A stretch of DNA of 64,000 bases from Gemmatimonadota bacterium (GTDB taxonomy: Bacteria; Gemmatimonadota; Gemmatimonadetes; Gemmatimonadales; Gemmatimonadaceae): positions 19,794 to 83,793 of the forward strand of contig JBDTUA010000001.1 of assembly GCA_040007995.1 (NCBI GenBank). The letters are read 5' to 3'. The first letter of the stretch is position 1; every line of letters starts with the position of its first letter. The position numbers and the translations under genes are program-made. Of the stretch, positions 27,384 through 35,940 are shown piece after piece. Under the pieces are notes generated by a model. The model was not told the DNA's origin. It did not search any database and worked only from the letters and a program-made list of their open reading frames with translations.

Positions 27384-27680
27384 TTAGCCCGGCGCCGACC
27401 CCCGCGACGTGTCTGGACGGGGATGGCGCGGACGCGCGGCCACCCGGCGCATGGCGTCGAGAACGAGCACGACCAGTTCGGCCCGTGCCTGTCCGTGCGA
27501 CAGCGCCACACGCGTGACCGCTGACCCGATCAGCGAACCGCTGACGTATCGGGGACGAGCTTGATTCAGCGCGTGAGTGATGACGTCATCCCGGCATTGC
27601 GCACAGTCGCAAAAGCGCGCATGGCCGCTCGACACCTGGTCGTACACCTCGCCGATCACTTCTTCGAGCGCGTTGTGCAT
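27384..27680 (-). CDS. comFB: ComFB-family (late competence development) protein
   Basis: MHNALEEVIGEVYDQV...FCDCAQCRDDVITHALNQARPRYV matches the ComFB Cys cluster CxCxxCxxD...ALNxxxPxY. Confidence 0.75.
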   Translation of the reverse strand: MHNALEEVIGEVYDQVSSGHARFCDCAQCRDDVITHALNQARPRYVSGSLIGSAVTRVALSHGQARAELVVLVLDAMRRVAARPRHPRPDTSRGSAPG

Positions 27681-27752
27681 CGGGGCGAAAGGACGCGGGA
27701 AGGCGGCCGGGATCGGGTATCGATCGGGGAGCCGCCACCACTCTGACGATTC

Positions 27753-27771
27753 GTGACGCCCCGCGCGTCAC
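27753..27771. promoter_or_regulatory. Perfect 7-bp inverted repeat (GTGACGC-N5-GCGTCAC) upstream of comFB; possible operator
   Basis: Read directly in the 235-bp miaB-comFB spacer. No U-tract follows on the minus strand, so it is not terminator-like. Function unknown. Confidence 0.25.
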
Positions 27772-27915
27772 ACCGACCACAAAAGTTTGCGCCGTTCGTG
27801 CGCCAGGACACAATTCTCGTCCACCCATCCGCCACGGCGAGGCGGTTCTCCGGGGGCACCGCGAACGCCTACGGCCGCTCGCTTCGCCCTCGCGACCGAA
27901 CGCGCACCGCGACGT

Positions 27916-29256
27916 CTATCCGGCCACCGGAAGGGGGCGACGCTGCTGAACAACGGTCCCGGTGAACGTGGATCCGGTTGTCCCGGTCAGTTCGACGGTC
28001 ACGTACTGGCCGATCATCGTCGGGTCGCCGGCGATGAGCACGGTTTTGTAGTCGCGCGACCGCGCCTGCAGCAGGTCGCCACGCCGCGCCAACTTCTCCA
28101 CCAGCACCTCGCGCCGCGCGCCGAGCAACGTCAGGTTGCGCTCGCGAGCACCCGAGCGCACGGTCTCGATCAGGCGACCCAACCGCTCAGACGCGACGTC
28201 GTCGGAGACCGTCCACTCGGCGGGCATTCGAGTCGCGGGCGTGCCGTCTCGCGGCGAGAACTTGAACGTGAACGCATCGTCGAAGCCGACCGCCCGGACC
28301 GCCGACAACGTGTCCTCGAACTCCTCGTCCGTCTCGCCCGGAAAGCCGACGATGACGTCGGTCGTGAGGCCGATGCCTGGAACGCGAGTCCGCAAACGGT
28401 CGACGCAAGCGAGGTAGTCCTCGCGCGAGTATCGCCGCAGCATGCGCTTGAGCATGCTCGTGGACCCGGACTGCATCGGCAGGTGCACATGCTCGCAGAC
28501 GGCGGCGACGTCGCCCATCGCCTCGATGACGGCGTCGCTGAAGTCGTTCGGATGGGGTGAGGTGAAACGCAATCGCCGCAAGCCGGGGACCGCTCCAACC
28601 GCACGCAGCAACTCGGCGAAGTCGTGCAACCCATCGTTGTACGAGTTGACCGTCTGTCCCAGCAGCGTGACCTCGCTGATCCCCTCCTCCACCGCCTGAC
28701 GCGCCTCGCGCACCACGTCGGCCAGTGCGCGACTGCGCTCGGATCCGCGCGTGAACGGCACGATGCAGTAGGTGCATCGGTAGTCGCATCCCCGTTGCAC
28801 CGGGATCCACGCCTTGACCTTGTCGAACCGACGCGGCGCGAAATCCTCGTAGTGCTCCTCGAGATCAAAGGCCGTCTGCACCGGGCGCTCGCCTCCCCTG
28901 GCGCGCGCCACCAGTTCGGGGAGCGCGCGGTAGCCGTCGGGGCCAACGACAAGGCTGACGTGACGAGCCTTCGTCAGGAGTTCGGGGCCGAGTCGTTGTG
29001 CCATGCACCCGGCCACCCCCATCACGCTCCCCGCCCGCATCGACCTCTTCAACTCCCCGAGCCGCCCGATCACCCGCTGCTCCGCGTGGTCGCGAATGGC
29101 GCAGGTGTTGAGCAGGATGACGTCCGCCTCGTTCGGCGTGTCCACCGGGCGGTAGCCTTCGGCCGCGAGCTTGCCGAGTATCAGCTCGGAGTCGCTCACG
29201 TTCATCTGGCATCCGTAGGTCTCGATATAGACCGTGGCGCGTGTGTCGAGCGTCAT
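27916..29256 (-). CDS. miaB: tRNA-2-methylthio-N6-dimethylallyladenosine synthase
   Basis: YIETYGCQMNVSDSE, the radical-SAM CDYRCTYCIVP motif and a C-terminal TRAM domain, in 446 aa. Confidence 0.9.
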   Translation of the reverse strand: MTLDTRATVYIETYGCQMNVSDSELILGKLAAEGYRPVDTPNEADVILLNTCAIRDHAEQRVIGRLGELKRSMRAGSVMGVAGCMAQRLGPELLTKARHVSLVVGPDGYRALPELVARARGGERPVQTAFDLEEHYEDFAPRRFDKVKAWIPVQRGCDYRCTYCIVPFTRGSERSRALADVVREARQAVEEGISEVTLLGQTVNSYNDGLHDFAELLRAVGAVPGLRRLRFTSPHPNDFSDAVIEAMGDVAAVCEHVHLPMQSGSTSMLKRMLRRYSREDYLACVDRLRTRVPGIGLTTDVIVGFPGETDEEFEDTLSAVRAVGFDDAFTFKFSPRDGTPATRMPAEWTVSDDVASERLGRLIETVRSGARERNLTLLGARREVLVEKLARRGDLLQARSRDYKTVLIAGDPTMIGQYVTVELTGTTGSTFTGTVVQQRRPLPVAG

Positions 29257-30480
29257 GCCGAAGCGACGGGAACGAGGGGAGTAGCGACCAACCGATCAGC
29301 GTCGCCCTGGAGCCGCATGCGATGCCGCGTGCCGCGTGGAGGCGCCGGTTCGGCGATGGCGACCGAAAGATAGTCCTCCGTCATCCCCTCGCGGGTATCG
29401 CCCCGCAGCACCACGAGATCTGCCTCCCCTCCGAGGCGCCGCGCTCGATGCTGTCGTGCCTTCGCGTCACCGCGCGCGCGCAGTTCGCGCGCGCGTCTGC
29501 ACCACGGCGCCGTGGAGATGGCCTGGGAGGCGCTCGGCCGCGGTTCCCGGACGGCGCGAGAAGGGAAAGACGTGCAGATAGGTGAACGGCAACGCCTCGA
29601 TCATGTCGATCGTGGCACGGTGATCGGTGTCGCTTTCACCAGGGAATCCGGCGATGACGTCGGCCCCCAGGCCGAAGACGGGGAGGTCGCGAGCGATGCG
29701 CTCCACGGCGAGCGCATAGTCGCGCGCCGTGTACCAGTGTCGACCCATGCGTCGCAGCACCCGGTCGCTCCCCGACTGCAGCGGCGCGTGCAGGTGCGGC
29801 ACGAGGTGCGCGGGCTCGCTGAGCCGCTGGTCCACCTCCGTCGCCTCCACCGATGACAAGCGGAAGCGCGCAGTCGGCACATCGCGCACCAGGCGCTCGA
29901 CGAGCTCTCCCAGCGAAGTCCCCGTGTCCGCTCCGTAGGTTCCGATGTGAATGCCTGTCAGCACGATTTCGGAGTGGCGCTCCGCCAACCGTTCTGCCTC
30001 CTCGACCAGACTCTCGATCGGCCGCGCGCGATTGACGCCGCGCGCCAGTGTCGTCGCGCAGAAGGTGCAGTGTTCATCGCATCCGTCCTGGATGCGGAGC
30101 AGCGCGCGCGTTGCGTGCTGCTGTCGAGCCGGGCCTAACGCGGACGCCGGCAAGGCGAGCGCGCGCGCCACGTCGGCGACGTCGCCGCCCGGCACCACAT
30201 GCGAGACCGAGGGGAGCGTGCGCAGCGTCCCGTCGTCGCGCGCCGCAGCACATCCCATCACCACGGATACCACACCTGGCGCGTCGCGTGCCACCCGGCG
30301 CACGCTCTTGCGCAGTTCAGCCTCGGCATCGGCGGTCACCGCGCAGGAGTTGAAGATGGCGACGTCGGCCTGGTCGGGGCGCTCCACCACCTCGCCTCCC
30401 GAACGCTCGATCATCGCGCGCACCGTCTCCGAATCGTACTGGTTGGCGCGACAGCCGAACGTACGCAGGAAGACCTTCAC
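29253..30480 (-). pseudogene. mtaB: MtaB-like radical-SAM methylthiotransferase with its reading frame interrupted at a (CG)5 tract (frameshift or sequencing error)
   Basis: The track ORF 29467..30480 (FGCRANQYDSE, NSCAVT, CDEHCTFC) stops at ...AVVQTRARTARAR*. In the other frame the sequence continues (R)ARELRARGDAKARQHRARRLGGEADLVVLRGDTREGMTEDYLSVAIAEPAPPRGTRHRMRLQGDADRLVATPLVPVASA*, a TRAM-like tail. The tail's TGA (29255-29253) forms an ATGA overlap with the miaB start. The total length of 1228 nt is not a multiple of 3. Confidence 0.65.
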
Positions 30481-31658
30481 CGCCCCGTCCCTGACGGGCC
30501 CGCTCCAGGAACACCCGTCAGCGGTAGGATGAAGTGGAAGGCACTTCCCACACCTTCGGTGCTCTGTACCCAGATACGCCCGCCGTGCGCCTCGACGACG
30601 AGTCGACAGAAGGTGAGCCCGAGTCCTGACGTACGCACGCGCGGCGCGTGCACCACGCGCACCTGCTCGAACTTCTGGAAGATGACATCGTGGTATTCCG
30701 GCGGGATTCCCGGGCCGGTGTCGACGACGGTGAAGCGGATGCCGTTCGGATCCGGGCGGGCGACGAGCGTGAGCTCGATGGGCGCCCCTGAGTGGATCAA
30801 CGCATTCTGGATGAGATTCCCGAAGACACGCTTCAGCATGCCGCGGTCGCCACGAAAGGTCGGCGAGTCGCTCGCGACGTCTGCCGCCGCGACGGTCCGC
30901 TCCTGTTGGAAGCGGAGCGCCCAGTCGCGCAGCATCTCCTCGAGCAGCCCGGCCGCGTCGATCTCCTCCAGGTGCAACGCAATCGACGTCTCCTCGATAC
31001 GCCGCACCTCGAGCAGGTCGTTTATGAGGGAGAGCAGTTCCTCCGACTTGAGCTGTGTGTCGGCCACGGCGCTACGCTGTCGGTCGCCGAGCGGGCCGAG
31101 ATCACCATCGATGAGCAGCTCCATCGTGGCGAGAATCGACGTCAGCGGCGTCTTCAGGTCGTGCACGATCATCTTCATCAGGTCGTCCCGCACGCGCTCG
31201 AGCTCGCGCAACCGTCGATAGGACTCCTCGAGCGCGTCGGTGGCCGCCTTGAGCTTGAGCAACGAGCGAACGCGCGCGCCGAGCAGGAGTCGATTGTGCG
31301 GCTTCGCGAGGAAGTCATCGCCCCCCGCCTCCACGGCGCGCAGGCGATCGTCGGTGTCGTTGAGCGCGGTGATGAAGATGACCGGCACGCTGGCGGTGCG
31401 CGGATCGCGCTTCAGGCGCCGGCAGACTTCGAAACCCGTCGCCCCGTCATCGACGTTCAGGTCACCCGCCGGCATGTGCACGTCGAGGATGACGAGTTGG
31501 GGACGCTGCACGAGGGTGGCTTCAAGCACCGCCGGACCGTCATGCGCCACGACGGTCCGGAATCCTAACGAGTGAAGCTGGTCGCGCAGGAGTTCGCAGT
31601 TGGCGTCCGAGTCATCGGCCACCAGGATGAGCGGAGCGTCGGAGGCCAGCGCGGTCAT
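30477..31658 (-). CDS. Response-regulator receiver domain fused to a histidine kinase (REC-HisKA-HATPase_c)
   Basis: The N-terminal REC domain (LILVADDSDANCELL...VILDVHMP) is followed by an H-box (VHDLKTPLTSI) and G-boxes (DTGPGIP, GLGLTFCRLVVEAHGG). ATGA overlap with mtaB. Confidence 0.85.
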   Translation of the reverse strand: MTALASDAPLILVADDSDANCELLRDQLHSLGFRTVVAHDGPAVLEATLVQRPQLVILDVHMPAGDLNVDDGATGFEVCRRLKRDPRTASVPVIFITALNDTDDRLRAVEAGGDDFLAKPHNRLLLGARVRSLLKLKAATDALEESYRRLRELERVRDDLMKMIVHDLKTPLTSILATMELLIDGDLGPLGDRQRSAVADTQLKSEELLSLINDLLEVRRIEETSIALHLEEIDAAGLLEEMLRDWALRFQQERTVAAADVASDSPTFRGDRGMLKRVFGNLIQNALIHSGAPIELTLVARPDPNGIRFTVVDTGPGIPPEYHDVIFQKFEQVRVVHAPRVRTSGLGLTFCRLVVEAHGGRIWVQSTEGVGSAFHFILPLTGVPGAGPSGTGR

Positions 31659-31664
31659 CCCATC

Positions 31665-32807
31665 TCATGGACGGACGGTGAATCCAACGCTCAGGAGCCA
31701 CGCGCGCTCCTTGGTCGGTACGGTCGCCTGACGCAATGCGCGTTGGACGGCCAGGTCGAGCGTCCCGCGCGGACCGGCGATGGGGATCGCGACGCCGCCC
31801 GAGACGATCTTCTCATGGACCAGCGCCCCGGCCGCCTCGAACGGCAGGTCGCGCTGGCGATACCCGAGGGCGTACATCCAGGCCGTGTTCCGCGTGCGTT
31901 GTCCGGCAAACTGTGCCCCGGCCGAGTATTCCCACGCGTCCTGCGCCGACGCGTCGGTCGAGCCCAGTCCGTTCAGCTTCGACCACGCGTTGTGATCGGC
32001 GCCCGCCAGGAGGGTGAGCCCGTCCACCGGCTCGAGTCGGGCCGCGAAGCCAAAGCGCGTGGGCACCTTGGCCTCGGTGCGAAGCGTATCGACGACGCGA
32101 AGCTTCATGGTGCCGCCTTGCCGGAATGATCCCGCCAGGGCGAGCCACTTGGTCGGCGAGAGCACGACGCCGGCCGACGCGGCTGTTCCGCTGTAGGTCA
32201 GCGTGATGTCGCGGGCCAACGTTCCGAAGCGCACGCTGTCGTCGAACTGCCGCACCAGGTTCAAGCGATTCTCGCCGGAGAAGAGGTGCACTCCTGCCCC
32301 GATCACCATGCGGGGAAAGAGGCGGTACGCTACGCCGATCCGGTTGTCGTTGATTCCGCCGCGCGAGACGAAGCTCTCCGTGTAGGAAACGCTGTCGTCA
32401 CCCAGGCGCTGCCCGGAACGGATGGTGGTCGACCACGAGCGGTCGAGGAACGCGTGGCTCGACAGCCCCACGGCCCAGCGCTGCCCGATGGTGAAACCGG
32501 CGGCGATGGTTCCGAAGCGTGCGGTCGTGGTGTGATCGGTCGCACTCGCACTCTCGACCGTTCGAAGTTCGGGATCGTACTGCACGTACAGGCCGGAGCG
32601 TCCCCACCCGGTGAGCGCCGACGGGTTTCGCGAGGAGAGCGGATCGAACTCGCTCAGCGCGCCGCCGGTGGCGGCCGCACGCGTGCTGAGCCCTCCGAGC
32701 GGATACCCAAATCCCTGTGTGCTGAGCGTCCCCTGCGCGCGCGCCGACGCTGCCCCCCCGACGAACAGGGCGACGGCAATGGCGAACGGACCAATGCGAG
32801 CACGCAT
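31665..32807 (-). CDS. Putative outer-membrane beta-barrel protein (FadL/OMPP1-like by appearance only)
   Basis: The start MRARIGPFAIAVALFVGGAASARAQG gives a signal peptide. It is followed by Gly/aromatic-rich alternating strands and a C-terminus ...WLLSVGFTVRP. The start shares one base with the stop of the upstream lipoprotein gene. Confidence 0.55.
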   Translation of the reverse strand: MRARIGPFAIAVALFVGGAASARAQGTLSTQGFGYPLGGLSTRAAATGGALSEFDPLSSRNPSALTGWGRSGLYVQYDPELRTVESASATDHTTTARFGTIAAGFTIGQRWAVGLSSHAFLDRSWSTTIRSGQRLGDDSVSYTESFVSRGGINDNRIGVAYRLFPRMVIGAGVHLFSGENRLNLVRQFDDSVRFGTLARDITLTYSGTAASAGVVLSPTKWLALAGSFRQGGTMKLRVVDTLRTEAKVPTRFGFAARLEPVDGLTLLAGADHNAWSKLNGLGSTDASAQDAWEYSAGAQFAGQRTRNTAWMYALGYRQRDLPFEAAGALVHEKIVSGGVAIPIAGPRGTLDLAVQRALRQATVPTKERAWLLSVGFTVRP

Positions 32808-34084
32808 CACGGGATCCCGAAGCTGGTGCGCAGCGCGTAACTCACGCGCAGGCGCGGGCGCAGCGCCGTCGGCGCCTCCCGCGAGGAAAGATGGAACTCG
32901 AACGGGCTGGTCCCTTCGCGCGTGGAGCGCAGGACGAGCACCTTCTGCTGCGGAATCGTGGCGGCGTTCGCCGAGGCCCACTGGCGCACCGCCGTCGCCA
33001 CCTCGAGCACTCGCGCCCCGCTATCGCCAGGCGCAACGCGTAGCGTGTCGAAGGCGAAGCCGGCCAGCAGCAACGCCGATCGCGTCACGTCGGTGACCTC
33101 CTCAGTCGCCAGCGAGATCTCGGGTACGATCGCGATAGAGTCGCGCGGGTCGATGGTGCGATTGGGCTGCTGCGTGAACATCAGTGTCGCCCGCAGCACG
33201 GTCGACGAGTCGAGGATGCGCGACGGGATGACGAAACGAAGGAAGGCGCGCTTGTTCGGAATGCCGCCGACGGCCAGGATGGCGCCCGTGGGCGGCGCCG
33301 GCGCAGCAGCAACGATGGTGTAGTCGAGATAGTCGCCCGAGACCACCGTGTTGAACGGCGGCGTATTCGAGACGGGAAAGACACCAATGGCCTTGATGGC
33401 GGTGTCCTCCGGCGCCGGGTCGAAGCGCAGGATCGGGCTCCCCCCGCCCTCGATCGACGCGAGGTCGAGTTCAGCGCCCGCGGCCGCGGTCACCTTGATG
33501 CCGACGCGAAGCCGCTTTTGTCCGGTGATCTTGCCGAGCAGCTTCGCGTTGTTGAAGAACACCTTGATCGAATCCTTCACCTGCGCCGAGTCAAACGTCG
33601 TGCCGCCGATGAGCCGATCGGGTCGAAACAGCGACAGCACGACGGCGTTCACCGTGTCGGCTTCCGCCGTGTCCACATCGAAGAGGTCGACTCGAACGCT
33701 CCCTCGGATATGTGTCGAGGTCGCGTTCACGAGGAGGGCGAGGTACGCGCTGTCCAACCGCGTGATCGCCGAGTCGGCGCCCCCCGAGAGAAACGTGGTG
33801 GGTAGCGAGTCGAATCGCACCACCGCTCGCACGTCGAGGGTGTCGCCCCGACTCGCAAGGTAGAGCGATCCCTCGGTCCCGAAGCCGGGAATCCCCAGCA
33901 CGGTGGTGTCGAACGACACCGCATCGAGCGTGGTGTCGAAGACCGCGAGGTTCTGGCCCGAACACAGAATCGGACAGGCGGCCCCGCTCTCCAGGTCTTC
34001 TCCGCACGCCACCACCCCCGCCACCATCGCGGCGCCGAGCAGCAAAGGGCGCGCGCGCTTAAGCCAATCTCGTAACACGAGCAT
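32807..34084 (-). CDS. Hypothetical lipoprotein (425 aa), no recognised domain
   Basis: A signal with a lipobox (LLLGAAMVAGVVAC) and a beta-rich body. Coupled to the downstream OMP gene. Its start overlaps the eutN-like gene by 26 nt. Confidence 0.5.
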   Translation of the reverse strand: MLVLRDWLKRARPLLLGAAMVAGVVACGEDLESGAACPILCSGQNLAVFDTTLDAVSFDTTVLGIPGFGTEGSLYLASRGDTLDVRAVVRFDSLPTTFLSGGADSAITRLDSAYLALLVNATSTHIRGSVRVDLFDVDTAEADTVNAVVLSLFRPDRLIGGTTFDSAQVKDSIKVFFNNAKLLGKITGQKRLRVGIKVTAAAGAELDLASIEGGGSPILRFDPAPEDTAIKAIGVFPVSNTPPFNTVVSGDYLDYTIVAAAPAPPTGAILAVGGIPNKRAFLRFVIPSRILDSSTVLRATLMFTQQPNRTIDPRDSIAIVPEISLATEEVTDVTRSALLLAGFAFDTLRVAPGDSGARVLEVATAVRQWASANAATIPQQKVLVLRSTREGTSPFEFHLSSREAPTALRPRLRVSYALRTSFGIP

Positions 34085-34346
34085 CTATGTCGAAGCTGTC
34101 CACAATGGCCATGATCACGGCGTCCACCGGGCGGTCCTTGGTGACCGCGGTCAGGCGCGCCGAGCTTCCCGTCGCATACAACACCACTTCTCCACGTCCT
34201 GCGCCGACACTGTCGACCGATACAACGTATCCCCCTTCGCGCTCCAACGTCGTGGAGAGATTCTCCACGATGAGCAGGGCGAGCGACTGCAGCGACGGAT
34301 CCTTACGCGTCGACACCACGCTCCCGATCACTCGCCCCATCTTCAT
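34059..34346 (-). CDS. EutN/CcmL-family bacterial microcompartment vertex protein (BMC-P), orphan
   Basis: [27 protein letters not shown]...[22 protein letters not shown]...[15 protein letters not shown] matches the EutN/CcmL pattern over the whole 95 aa. ATGA overlap with cdd. Confidence 0.85.
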   Translation of the reverse strand: MKMGRVIGSVVSTRKDPSLQSLALLIVENLSTTLEREGGYVVSVDSVGAGRGEVVLYATGSSARLTAVTKDRPVDAVIMAIVDSFDIDARVTRLA

Positions 34347-34762
34347 TCGTGCGCCAGCGTCGCCGGGGTGAAAGGCGCCGGGAGCAGCTCACGCAACGAC
34401 CAGCGCGCCGTCGCACCACCGGCGGTCACACTCACTACGACGAGTTCCGGGGCAAATTCCATCAGCACCTGCCGACAGATGCCACAGGGAGGCGTCGGAT
34501 GCTGGGCTTCGGTCGCGACGACAATCGTCGAGAATTCGCGCACGCCGGCCACGACAGCACTCGCGACGGCGCTCCGCTCCGCGCAGAGGCCGGCGGGATA
34601 CGACGAGTTCTCCACGTTGCAGCCGCCAAAGACGCGGCCATCCTCAGTCCGGAGCGCGGCGCCGACCCGGAAGCCGGAGTAGGGCGCGTACGCCTGCGAC
34701 ATGGCCGCCTGCGCCGTCGCCACGAGCCCCGCGATGTCGTCGCGTCCCTCGGGAACGCTCAC
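34343..34762 (-). CDS. cdd: Cytidine deaminase
   Basis: [14 protein letters not shown]...[19 protein letters not shown]...PCGICRQVL are the zinc-ligand motifs. I chose GTG 34762, which forms a GTGA overlap with the deoB stop. Confidence 0.9.
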   Translation of the reverse strand: MSVPEGRDDIAGLVATAQAAMSQAYAPYSGFRVGAALRTEDGRVFGGCNVENSSYPAGLCAERSAVASAVVAGVREFSTIVVATEAQHPTPPCGICRQVLMEFAPELVVVSVTAGGATARWSLRELLPAPFTPATLAHE

Positions 34763-35940
34763 GCGATAATCTCCGGGAGGAACGAGCTCCCTGGACCTCG
34801 AAACGAAAGGCCGAACCACTCCGACACGGTCGCCCCGACATCCGCAAACGACTGGCGCTCGGGGAGCCGCACCGGACGCACCGACGATCCCGCGATCAGC
34901 ACCGGGACCCGCTCGCGCGCGTGGTCGGTCGACGGTGTCGTCGGGTCGTTGCCGTGGTCGGCGGTGATGAACAGGAGATCGTCCTCGCGGAGGGCGGAAA
35001 GCAGGGATGGCAGCGCACGATCAAACTGCCGCAGAGCTCCGTAGAACCCCGCGACATCGTTTCTGTGCCCGTAGAGCTGGTCGAAATCTACTAGGTTGGC
35101 GAAGAGGAACCCACTCTCCTCCCCCACCATCCACTCGCGAATGTGGGCGATGCCGTCGGCATTGTCCGCAGTGTGCTGCGATGTGATGGCTCGTCCGGCG
35201 AAGAGGTCGTCCACCTTTCCCACCCCCTCGCGCCGAATCCCGGCCTGCGCCAGTGCGTCGAGCAGCGTTTCGCCGACCGGCGCGATGGAGAAGTCGCGAC
35301 GTCGGGGGGTGCGCCGAAACCCCTCAACGACAGTGCCCTCGAACGGCCGCGCGATGACCCGCGAGACGTCGTTCGGCGCCACCAGCATCGCCCGCGCCGC
35401 CTCACAGGCACGATACAGCTCGTCGAGCGGGACGACCGCCTCGTGCGCCGCCACCTGGAAGACCGAATCGGCCGAGGTGTACACGATCAGCCCGCCGCCA
35501 CGAACCTGCTCGGCGCCGAACCTCTCGATGATCGCGGTACCGCTCCCGACGACGTTGCCGATCACCGGGCGCCCCGTTAGGCGTGCAAACTCCGCGATCG
35601 CATCGGGCGGGAATCCCTGCGGAAACGTCGGGAACGGGCGATCCAGCACCACCCCGCAGAGTTCCCAGTGCCCGGTGGTGCTGTCCTTGCCGGCCGACAC
35701 CGGCTGCAGGCTCGTGCGCGCCGCCGCGCCGACCACGTCGGCGCTCAACCCCTGGATGGGGGCCAGCGTGCCCAGGCCTAACGACTCGAGATGCGGGAGA
35801 TCGAAGCCGCCGACTGCACGCGCGGTGTTGCCTAGGGTATCGCTCCCCGCGTCGCCGTAGGCGGAGGCGTCGCGCGCCCCGCCGATGCCGACGCCGTCGA
35901 GGATGAGCAGGACCGCCCGGCGACCGGTCGTGCCGCTCAT
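34759..35940 (-). CDS. deoB: Phosphopentomutase
   Basis: [14 protein letters not shown]..., TTGHWEL and ...[10 protein letters not shown] are DeoB metal-binding motifs. The start MSGTTG (35940) forms an ATGA overlap with alr. Confidence 0.9.
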   Translation of the reverse strand: MSGTTGRRAVLLILDGVGIGGARDASAYGDAGSDTLGNTARAVGGFDLPHLESLGLGTLAPIQGLSADVVGAAARTSLQPVSAGKDSTTGHWELCGVVLDRPFPTFPQGFPPDAIAEFARLTGRPVIGNVVGSGTAIIERFGAEQVRGGGLIVYTSADSVFQVAAHEAVVPLDELYRACEAARAMLVAPNDVSRVIARPFEGTVVEGFRRTPRRRDFSIAPVGETLLDALAQAGIRREGVGKVDDLFAGRAITSQHTADNADGIAHIREWMVGEESGFLFANLVDFDQLYGHRNDVAGFYGALRQFDRALPSLLSALREDDLLFITADHGNDPTTPSTDHARERVPVLIAGSSVRPVRLPERQSFADVGATVSEWFGLSFRGPGSSFLPEIIA

